Origin: an uncultured Actinomycetes bacterium
GTDB lineage: Bacteria > Actinomycetota > Actinomycetes > Nanopelagicales > Nanopelagicaceae
DNA: 34,967 nucleotides
NCBI GenBank assembly: GCA_903822245.1
Contig: CAIJOE010000008.1
Coordinates: 1 to 34,967 of the forward strand
Direction: 5' to 3'
The notes under the pieces were generated by a model, which was not told where the DNA came from, searched no databases, and saw only the letters and a program-made list of their open reading frames with translations. Position numbers and translations under genes: made by a program. Shown here piece by piece: positions 27,787-34,967 of this stretch. Every line of letters begins with the position of its first letter. Position 1 is the stretch's first letter.

Positions 27787-27845
27787 AAAAAGATACCAAA
27801 AACCCCTGAAAAACGGTTGACGGCAAGCCTGCATAGGCGAAGAAT
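27787..27845 (+). promoter_or_regulatory. Sigma70-type promoter with phased A-tracts for the ABC operon
   Basis: A5 tracts start at 27787, 27798 and 27809; TTGACG (27817-27822), 17 nt, then AAGAAT (27840-27845). Confidence 0.6.
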
Positions 27846-27895
27846 CCACAGCAAGAACGATCCATAGTGGAGGTTCTTTTCAGGGAGGAGTTCTC

Positions 27896-29389
27896 TTGAA
27901 CCATAACCAAACAAAAATTGATCGTCGTTCATTCCTTAAGGTTGGCGCAACTGCAGCTGCAGCTGTTCCACTTTCAGGTTTGATGGCATCAAATAATGTT
28001 GCCGAGGCCGCAGACAACCCATTGATGGGAAGTTCTGCAACAAACATGAAGGGCAAAGTTCTTGATTTTGCTTATTCACGTATTGCAGGTTGGCCACCAT
28101 CAGCAGCACCAGAAGCAATGTGGCCTGCATTCCAAGCTTTTGCAAAGAAGACTTATGGCTACACAGTAAATAAGATTACATTTGCTGAAGCCGGCTTCGG
28201 TGATCTGTTCCAAAAGATTGCACCAACACTAGCTTCTAAGTCTCAACAATTTAACATCATGGTTGTTGACTCACAGTGGCTCGGAGCTCTTGCAGAGCCA
28301 GGTTGGATCGTAAAGGCAGATGATGTCTTTAAGTTAAACCCAACTATGGATAAGAAGCCTTACTCATCTCTAGTAACAAGCACCTACCAGGTTTACCCAG
28401 ATGGTTCTGGCAAGCGTTGGGGATTCCCACAAATGCCAGACGTTCAAGGCGTATACCTACGTAAGGACATGTTGGATGATCCAAAGGAACAAGCAGCATT
28501 CAAGGCCAAGTATGGCAAGAAGCTACCTGTTACTTACGCAGAGTATGAAAATATTGAGCAGAGCGAATTCGAAAAGGTAATCGAATTCTTCCATCGCCCA
28601 GATAAGGGTATGTATGGAACAACAATGATGTATGACAAGTCATACGACATGTTCTCTTGCGCTTACTATCCATTTGCTTATTCAACAGGTGGAAAGATTT
28701 GGGATGCAAAGACAAATAACGTCTACGGCATTCTAAACTCAGCTGTTAACGCAAAGGCAATGGAGCACTTCGTAGGCCTAAAGAAGTACCAGCCAGCTAA
28801 CTTCGCAAAGATTGATATCGGCGGCGTTATCGACTTGTTCACCAAGGGCAAAGTCTTCTCTGCCTACCAATGGTGCGCAGTAGGTCTTGCAATGAAGTCA
28901 GATATGGTCCCAATTGAGAAGGTAATGGCAATTCCACTACCTAAGTTCAATGGCAAGATCATTGGTGCAATGGGCGGTCAGCCTTGGGTAATCAACGCAT
29001 ACAACGATGCAGATCACATGCGCGTTGCCGTTGACTTCCTAAAGTGGTGGCAGTCAAAGGAAGCACAAGATCTATTCATCTTGAAGAACGGTGGCCTACC
29101 TTGGACAGCAGCAGATTGTGCTAACCCAGCGTATGCAAACTTCGCTCACTACGTGAAGCCATTCCTTTACATGTTGAAGGAAGGCCGTTCAATCGACTTC
29201 TGGCACTTGCCTGAATATTCTGAAATGCTTGCAGTTCAGCAAGAAGCCTTCAATGGTTTCGCTGCTGGAACAGTTAAGAGTGCAGCACATGCACTTGAAT
29301 ACGCAGCTGCAAAGCAACAGCAAATTCTGTTCAAGGCTGGACGTACAAAGACCGCTCCTCCTAAGGGAACGGATTCAATGACTCTCTAA
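27896..29389 (+). CDS. Carbohydrate ABC transporter substrate-binding protein (CUT1 type) with Tat signal
   Basis: DRRSFLK twin-arginine motif, AEA cleavage site, VVDSQWLG, YLRKDML, MGGQPW; GGGAGG SD; followed by permeases. Confidence 0.9.
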   Translation: MNHNQTKIDRRSFLKVGATAAAAVPLSGLMASNNVAEAADNPLMGSSATNMKGKVLDFAYSRIAGWPPSAAPEAMWPAFQAFAKKTYGYTVNKITFAEAGFGDLFQKIAPTLASKSQQFNIMVVDSQWLGALAEPGWIVKADDVFKLNPTMDKKPYSSLVTSTYQVYPDGSGKRWGFPQMPDVQGVYLRKDMLDDPKEQAAFKAKYGKKLPVTYAEYENIEQSEFEKVIEFFHRPDKGMYGTTMMYDKSYDMFSCAYYPFAYSTGGKIWDAKTNNVYGILNSAVNAKAMEHFVGLKKYQPANFAKIDIGGVIDLFTKGKVFSAYQWCAVGLAMKSDMVPIEKVMAIPLPKFNGKIIGAMGGQPWVINAYNDADHMRVAVDFLKWWQSKEAQDLFILKNGGLPWTAADCANPAYANFAHYVKPFLYMLKEGRSIDFWHLPEYSEMLAVQQEAFNGFAAGTVKSAAHALEYAAAKQQQILFKAGRTKTAPPKGTDSMTL

Positions 29390-29428
29390 TTTGAGTCACT
29401 GAAAAAAGAAAAAAGTAAAGGGTGTAAA

Positions 29429-29466
29429 TGTTCTCCCAGTCCTACTAAGGTAGGGCTGGGAGAACA
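29429..29466 (+). terminator. 17-bp intergenic stem-loop (partial terminator or mRNA stabiliser) between the SBP and permease genes
   Basis: TGTTCTCCCAGTCCTAC-TAAG-GTAGGGCTGGGAGAACA with one G.U pair; no following U-tract. Confidence 0.75.
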
Positions 29467-29511
29467 CTCCATTATTAGATAGTTAAGAAAAATTAATAAC
29501 CAGGGGGACAA

Positions 29512-30450
29512 TTGGGCGTCAAATTTGCTTCGAAAGATAAAGCAATAAAAGCTAAATCAAAATCTGGTCAAAAAGGAGAAAAATCCTTTGGCTGGAAGTT
29601 ATTGATTCCGGTTTTAGCCTTTTTTGGTTTTTTCAATATAGTCCCAACACTTTGGATGCTTGGCTTAAGTTTTAACGACTACAAGTTAATTTCCTCAAAC
29701 GCCCCTCACTATGTTGGGCTTTCAAATTACCAAAGCTTCCTTGCAGACCAACAGGTGGCACATGCAGTAAATAGAACCTTCGTTTTCTTGGCTTTTGCCA
29801 TAATTTTTCAAACAACACTAGGAATCTTGATCGGCGTCCTGTTTTGGCGCAATGACAAACTGCGCGGCCGACGCCTTGCGCTAACACTTCTTTTCACACC
29901 GATGGTTGTAACACCCGTGGCTTCAGCTTTGTTCTGGAAGTTAATTCTTGACCCTAACTTTGGAGTAGGAAACTATTTCCTCCAAATTTTTGGAATCGCC
30001 AAAATTGATGTTCTAACATCCCAATCCTTAGCCTTCCCAACACTTCTAGTTGTAGATACCTGGATGTGGACACCATTTATGGCGCTTATGACTTTAGCTG
30101 CACTTGGATCAGTACCAAAAGCGGAATTAGAAGCAGCATCAATTGATCGCTTGCCACTGTTCACAGTTATTAAAACTGTTGTTTGGCCTCACGCAAAATT
30201 TATTCTTATGCTCGGAATCTTGCTTCGTTCCATCGACGCCTTTAAAACTATGGACCTAAGTTTGATCATGACAGATGGTGGGCCTGGAGATAAGACCGAA
30301 CTTATCGCGCTGAGTCTTTATCGATACGCCTTTAAATCATTCAACCTTGGCTATTCATCAGCAATATCAGTGTTCTTGCTATTTATCGCGATTTCATTGA
30401 CTTCAATTTATCTCTATGTATTAAACCTCAAGAGCCGAAAGGAGGCATGA
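29512..30450 (+). CDS. Carbohydrate ABC transporter permease (MalF-like)
   Basis: YVGLSNY, DTWMWTPF, EAA loop EAASID, TDGGPG. Confidence 0.92.
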   Translation: MGVKFASKDKAIKAKSKSGQKGEKSFGWKLLIPVLAFFGFFNIVPTLWMLGLSFNDYKLISSNAPHYVGLSNYQSFLADQQVAHAVNRTFVFLAFAIIFQTTLGILIGVLFWRNDKLRGRRLALTLLFTPMVVTPVASALFWKLILDPNFGVGNYFLQIFGIAKIDVLTSQSLAFPTLLVVDTWMWTPFMALMTLAALGSVPKAELEAASIDRLPLFTVIKTVVWPHAKFILMLGILLRSIDAFKTMDLSLIMTDGGPGDKTELIALSLYRYAFKSFNLGYSSAISVFLLFIAISLTSIYLYVLNLKSRKEA

Positions 30451-31307
30451 GCATGGCCGATGATTTCATGAAACCAAGGCGCAAATCTGGCCCGATTAAA
30501 TTAAGCACGGTAGGTGCTTGGCTTGTTTCATTAATTTTCTTTCTACCAATTGCTTGGATTATTGGCAGTGCGCTCAAGCCAAAGCAGTATGTGTTGAATT
30601 TCCCACCTAAGTGGATTTTCGTGCCAACTCTTTCAAATATTACTGAGGCTATTTCTTACGGAAATACCGCTAAATATTTTCTAGATAGCGTTATTTACTC
30701 CTTCACGGCTGTTGCTTTGGCAATTCTTATCTCATTCCTTGCTGCTTATTCATTCTCTCGTTTCAAGCCAGCCGGAACAGATTTTCTTATGTTCTTGTTG
30801 CTTTCAAGTCGCTTTGTACCAGCTGCAGCGCTAGTTATTCCATTCTTCCAGCTCTATAACTTGGTGCATCTGCAGGATTCATTCCTGGGCTTGATTCTCT
30901 TCTATACGATGTTCTCGATCCCATTCTCAGTTTGGATCTTAAAAGGATTTATCGATGGAGTTTCTACCAAGTTTGATGAAACAGGCTTTGTATATGGAGC
31001 TTCAAGACTTCATGTTATGTTCAAACTTATCTTGCCTCAATTACGGCCAGGTTTAGTTGCGGCATTTGTTTTCAACATTATCTTTGTTTGGAATGAGTTC
31101 CTCTTTAACTTCCAATTAGGTGGAATTCACTCTTATGGAATTCCAGTAGGACTTTTCACTTCAATCACTAAAGACGGCCACTTAGATTGGTCCTTTGTTG
31201 CTTCAATTGGCACCATTTATGTATTGCCACTAGCAATCACAATCTTTGCCTTCCAAAAGTATCTTTTAGTGGGTCTTACCTTCGGAACTGTTAGAGGAGA
31301 GGTATAA
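30447..31307 (+). CDS. Carbohydrate ABC transporter permease (MalG-like)
   Basis: PTLSN, AAYSFSRF, EAA-like DETGFVYGAS, WNEFLF, QKYLLVGLTFGTVRG. Confidence 0.92.
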   Translation: MSMADDFMKPRRKSGPIKLSTVGAWLVSLIFFLPIAWIIGSALKPKQYVLNFPPKWIFVPTLSNITEAISYGNTAKYFLDSVIYSFTAVALAILISFLAAYSFSRFKPAGTDFLMFLLLSSRFVPAAALVIPFFQLYNLVHLQDSFLGLILFYTMFSIPFSVWILKGFIDGVSTKFDETGFVYGASRLHVMFKLILPQLRPGLVAAFVFNIIFVWNEFLFNFQLGGIHSYGIPVGLFTSITKDGHLDWSFVASIGTIYVLPLAITIFAFQKYLLVGLTFGTVRGEV

Positions 31308-31309
31308 AA

Positions 31310-31603
31310 ATGAAACCTAAAGCTCCTTTTGCTAGTCGATGGCAACTACGCAATATCTATATCCTTGGTTTTTCACTTGTTCTTATGGCACAAGGTCTTT
31401 ACTACCCAATTTATCGCTGGGGATTCTTCATCTTATTCGCATTCGTCCCAATCCAAATCGGACTTGGAAATGTCAACCCAGAATGGGGCGCTTGGCGCAC
31501 TATTAGAAAGACGCTTTTCATAATTCTAATCGTTGCCGTAATCATCGTGTTCTCTATTTGGTTAGCGCCAGCGCTAGTCAACCTCGGCCGAACAAAGATT
31601 TAA
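31310..31603 (+). CDS. Small membrane protein within the ABC operon
   Basis: 97 aa, about 3 TM segments, own SD (GAGAGG), tightly packed between the permease and ATPase genes. Confidence 0.7.
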   Translation: MKPKAPFASRWQLRNIYILGFSLVLMAQGLYYPIYRWGFFILFAFVPIQIGLGNVNPEWGAWRTIRKTLFIILIVAVIIVFSIWLAPALVNLGRTKI

Positions 31604-31615
31604 GAAGGATTATTC

Positions 31616-32707
31616 ATGAGTGAATTGGCATTTAAAGTATCGGGACTTAGTAAGTCCTACGGATCAAAGGTTGTCTTAGATGACCTTTCTTTCAGCGTTA
31701 ACATCAATGACTTCTCGGTTATTTGGGGCAAGCCCGGTAATGGAAAGTCAGTTTTGGTTCGTTCAATTATGGGACTAGAAAGAATTGATGCTGGTGAAGT
31801 AATTGTTCGTGGCGAAGATGTGACTAATAAGAATGCCGGATCACGTAATATTGGTTATATTCCGCAGTCATTTGCATTGTTTCCTCACTATTCAGTTCGA
31901 GAAAATATTGAATATCCGCTGAATTTAATAAAGGCTTCAGATGCTGATAAAGAGAAGGCAGTAAATCGTGTTGCCGAATTACTGCGCATTGAAGATTTGC
32001 TCCACAAAAAGCCAACTGAATTATCAGGTGGTCAAAAGCAGCGTATTGCTATTGCTCGTGGGCTTGTAATAACAACCGACGTTTATTTACTTGATGACCC
32101 ACTTGTTGGTCTGGACTTTAAGCTTCGTGAGCGGCTAATCGATGATTTACGTCGCACCCAAGAAGAACTTAAAGTTGCATTCATTTATGTTACTTCCGAT
32201 CCCCTAGAAGCCCTTTCCCTGGCCAAAACTGTTTTGGTTCTTTCCAAAGGAAAGATTGTGCAACAGGGCTCATTAACTGATGTCTATGACAATCCACAAA
32301 CAGTGCAATCAATGAGCGCACTTGGTTTCCCAGAGCCAAACTTTGTTCCTGGCAAGATTTCAAACGGCACCTTCACATCTGATATTTTTTCAGCTCAGGT
32401 AAACGCACCAGATGGAATTAGTGATGCTATTGCTGGTATCCGCCCGGAAGGAATAGTTATCGGTGAAAACGCTAAGGCAATCACTTTAGAGGCAACTGTT
32501 GCCTTGGTTGAAAACCTGGGTTCCGAGAATGTTATTTACTTGAAAGTTAAAGACCGCATGCTTGTGACGGTTATTTCGCGTACAGATGAAGAAAACCTGA
32601 AAATCGTGGAGGAAGCAAAGATCAAAATTTCTATTTTGCCTCATGCTATCCAATTATTCCGGGCTGATTCTGAAGTGAAGATTGGAGAAGGTAAGCATCA
32701 TGAATGA
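31616..32707 (+). CDS. ABC ATPase (MalK-like) with degenerate catalytic residues
   Basis: GKPGNGKS and intact LSGGQ, but Walker B YLLDDP (E to D) and H-loop VTSD (H to S); C-terminal TOBE region. Confidence 0.9.
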   Translation: MSELAFKVSGLSKSYGSKVVLDDLSFSVNINDFSVIWGKPGNGKSVLVRSIMGLERIDAGEVIVRGEDVTNKNAGSRNIGYIPQSFALFPHYSVRENIEYPLNLIKASDADKEKAVNRVAELLRIEDLLHKKPTELSGGQKQRIAIARGLVITTDVYLLDDPLVGLDFKLRERLIDDLRRTQEELKVAFIYVTSDPLEALSLAKTVLVLSKGKIVQQGSLTDVYDNPQTVQSMSALGFPEPNFVPGKISNGTFTSDIFSAQVNAPDGISDAIAGIRPEGIVIGENAKAITLEATVALVENLGSENVIYLKVKDRMLVTVISRTDEENLKIVEEAKIKISILPHAIQLFRADSEVKIGEGKHHE

Positions 32708-33764
32708 TATTCACCTAAAGAATGTAAGTAAGCATTTTGGTAGTTTGAAGGCGCTTAACGACATCACCTTCACTATTCCAAAATCATCTGTAACAGTTCT
32801 ACTTGGGCCATCTGGCTGCGGCAAGACCACAATGATGAGAATCATCGCAGGACTAGAAGAGCCAACTTCAGGACAAGTTTTCTTCGACGACCTTGAAGCG
32901 ACAAATGTTCCAACTCGTAGACGAAATATTGGAATGGTTTTCCAGTATCCAGTTATCTATAAGGGAACAAGCGTTCGCAGAAACCTCGAATTGCCACTCC
33001 TTTCTGAAAAACTAAGTAAAGATGAAATCACTAAGCGAGTAGATGAGGTAGCAGAGCTACTTGGAATTACTGAGCACTTAAAGGCTCAAGTAGATGAATT
33101 GGATAACGGAACCCGTCAAAAGATTGCGGTAGGCCGCGAAGTAGCTCGCCAGCCTCGAATTATTCTCTTTGATGAGCCAATCACCAACATTGATATCACT
33201 GCAAAGCTCGAGTTGAAGCGCTCACTAAAGGAACTTTTCTCTCGCTTAAAGCAGACAATTATCTATGTGACGCACGATCAGACTGAGGCGATGACTCTGG
33301 CCGATCAGATTGCGCTCATGAAGGATGGTTCGATCATGCAGTGCGATAGCCCAAGTGAGATCTATAAGAACCCTAAGAGTGAATTTGCTGGTTGGTTCCT
33401 AGGAAACCCAGGAATGAATTTCGTTGTTGATAAGTTTATCAACGTTAAAGGCAATGACATTGGTTCAGCCCTGTTCTCACAATCAATTCCACTAGGCGCT
33501 AAAGCCGCTCAAGTTAAAACACTTGGAGTGCGTGCTGAGGGAATAAGTGTGAGCAATAGCCAAACCCCTGGCTCAGTAAGTGCAAGGATCCTTAGCAAAT
33601 CTCTTGGCACAGGTGGCCAGTATTTATTAAACCTTGCTTACGGGGATCTAACCGTGAAGGCAAGAGTTCCTCACTACTTAGGACGCCAACTTGAGAATAA
33701 TGTTTGGACAACTGTGGCAAATGAGAACGTGATGTTCTTTGATGATGCGGGAAATGCCGTCTAA
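32700..33764 (+). CDS. ABC ATPase (MalK-like) with degenerate signature motif
   Basis: GPSGCGKTT, LFDEP and VTHDQ intact; signature reads LDNGT. Start moved to ATG 32700. Confidence 0.9.
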   Translation: MNDIHLKNVSKHFGSLKALNDITFTIPKSSVTVLLGPSGCGKTTMMRIIAGLEEPTSGQVFFDDLEATNVPTRRRNIGMVFQYPVIYKGTSVRRNLELPLLSEKLSKDEITKRVDEVAELLGITEHLKAQVDELDNGTRQKIAVGREVARQPRIILFDEPITNIDITAKLELKRSLKELFSRLKQTIIYVTHDQTEAMTLADQIALMKDGSIMQCDSPSEIYKNPKSEFAGWFLGNPGMNFVVDKFINVKGNDIGSALFSQSIPLGAKAAQVKTLGVRAEGISVSNSQTPGSVSARILSKSLGTGGQYLLNLAYGDLTVKARVPHYLGRQLENNVWTTVANENVMFFDDAGNAV

Positions 33765-34500
33765 ATTCTATTTCGGCACAAACACTAAGCGTGATTTAGA
33801 CCGTCTCTCCCACATAGAGATAGTTAAATCAGCAATTGTTTTGTCGAAACAACACCCAGATGTTCAATTCTTTGTTCTGCCACCAGATCCACTCTTCGGT
33901 GAGCTAAAGACCCTAGCCGCCGGTTCTAATGTTTGGATAGGTTCCCAGAACGTCACCTATACAACTGGTCCGAATTTAACTGGAGAAGTTAGCGCGCGAT
34001 TACTTTCTGAAGTAGGAAGCGATTTGGTTATGGCTGGCCATGCCGAGCGTCGCGGTTTGGGAGAAGACGGGCCTTTAGTTGGGATTCAACTTCGCAAATT
34101 GAGTGACCATAAAGTCAACACCCTGCTTTGTATCGGGGAATTAGAAAAAACGGATGATCCCAAAGAACGACTTCAGGTATTTAAAGCCCAAATGGAACCT
34201 CTTGGCGCAATCCCAAAGAATCCATTAATGATCGCTTATGAGCCAGTCTGGTCTATCGGGCAAAGCGGTGAAGCAGCTGATCCAATTTATGTTGCTGAGT
34301 CAATCAAACTTATCCGTTCGGTATTAATTGGCCTTAATCGCAGTGGAACAGCAATACTTTATGGCGGATCAGTCCAAGAAGAAAATGCGCCTTTTTATTC
34401 AGTAATTTGCGATGGCCTCTTCGTTGGAAGAAGTGCTTGGGTTGAAAATGGATTTAAAACTGTATTTGAAGCTGCTTATAAATCAAGAAGTAAGGCTTAA
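33754..34500 (+). CDS. Triosephosphate-isomerase-family protein, LerI/EryH type (L-erythrulose-1-phosphate isomerase-like)
   Basis: TGEVS, GHAERR, AYEPVWSIG, YGGSV; DGLFVGRSAW replaces the TpiA GxLVGGASL motif. Confidence 0.82.
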   Translation: MPSKFYFGTNTKRDLDRLSHIEIVKSAIVLSKQHPDVQFFVLPPDPLFGELKTLAAGSNVWIGSQNVTYTTGPNLTGEVSARLLSEVGSDLVMAGHAERRGLGEDGPLVGIQLRKLSDHKVNTLLCIGELEKTDDPKERLQVFKAQMEPLGAIPKNPLMIAYEPVWSIGQSGEAADPIYVAESIKLIRSVLIGLNRSGTAILYGGSVQEENAPFYSVICDGLFVGRSAWVENGFKTVFEAAYKSRSKA

Positions 34501-34967
34501 TCCAAACCAGCAGGACGATTAAGACCCTCTGCAATTGAGGAATCAATAAAATCTTCATACTCCAAGCCAGATTCCAACCAAACTTTTGCAAAGGTTCCGT
34601 CTTTACCTAGATATGGATGGTTTGTGGCCCCAAGGACCATCAATTCATTCTCTTGGTTTATAACAAACTTGACCTGCAGATAAGCAGATGACTTTGTAGC
34701 TTCAAATACTTGCTCTGCGTAATCTTTAATCTTTGTAACAACTTCTTCCGAAAGGTCTGAGGGAAAAATATGTTCGTAGTTATCTGAATCCATTCGAGAG
34801 ACATAATTTAGAAGGTCGGTGCCGTTCTTCAATTTGGTTTCTAGGATGGTAGATATGTATACCTGTCGCTGACCATCTTCAAGAACTGAGCACTCAAGAT
34901 AACGAGCCTTTTCTTGGAACTTTTCCACAATGACCCTGGCATCAAAATTGCGGGCAACTTCCATCGC
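34497..34967 (-). CDS. D-Ala-D-Ala ligase-like ATP-grasp C-terminal domain with degenerate motifs (5' part beyond window)
   Basis: Collinear with the Ddl C-domain (FDARVIVEK, ECSVL, PSDL, W..SGLEY, RPAGL) but lacks the RVDF and NExNTxPG residues; frame is open to the window end. Confidence 0.7.
   Translation of the reverse strand, partial: AMEVARNFDARVIVEKFQEKARYLECSVLEDGQRQVYISTILETKLKNGTDLLNYVSRMDSDNYEHIFPSDLSEEVVTKIKDYAEQVFEATKSSAYLQVKFVINQENELMVLGATNHPYLGKDGTFAKVWLESGLEYEDFIDSSIAEGLNRPAGLD

Noticed and set aside
27639-27932. 97-aa minus-strand ORF across the divergent intergenic region
   Set aside because: It overlaps the SBP start and both predicted promoters and has no recognisable motif; probably spurious.
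1267-32015. The many 60-140 aa antisense or alternate-frame ORFs in the track
   Set aside because: They lie within well-supported genes, mostly on the antisense strand, with no independent motifs or initiation signals.
33754-34500. Housekeeping tpiA
   Set aside because: GTNTK and GLFVGRSAW motifs and the operon context fit the LerI/EryH subgroup; it is not in a gap-pgk context.
1-34967. CRISPR arrays, IS elements, tandem repeats, defence systems
   Set aside because: No regularly spaced repeats, transposase, cas or nuclease genes were seen by eye; the longest intergenic gap is about 250 bp.

Overview
Gene-dense, low-GC (roughly low-40s % by eye) actinobacterial chromosome segment. Gene content, many overlapping stops and apparently leaderless genes suggest a streamlined freshwater actinobacterium such as acI/Nanopelagicales (inference). 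Positions 1-23.2 kb are mostly housekeeping: TetR, LCP, two YdcZ-type DMT transporters, MFS, HtrA, kynU-kynA, ABC-F, ACT-malic enzyme, upp, tadA, pheA, serS, tRNA-Ser(UGA), a Mycobacterium Sdh1-type succinate dehydrogenase, paired Fluc channels and pepP. Positions 23.3-34.5 kb hold a carbohydrate-utilisation cluster with no regulator in the window: YggC/FrcK-like kinase, PfkB kinase, split DhaK/DhaL without DhaM, DJ-1/PfpI, a DerI-type RpiB isomerase, a six-gene ABC importer with one degenerate ATP site, and a LerI/EryH-type TIM paralog. This looks like a tetrose (erythrulose) pathway lacking the usual polyol dehydrogenase, and is the best candidate for an undescribed system. It is bordered by a catalytically degenerate D-Ala-D-Ala-ligase-like gene. 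No integrase, IS, prophage or CRISPR array was seen.
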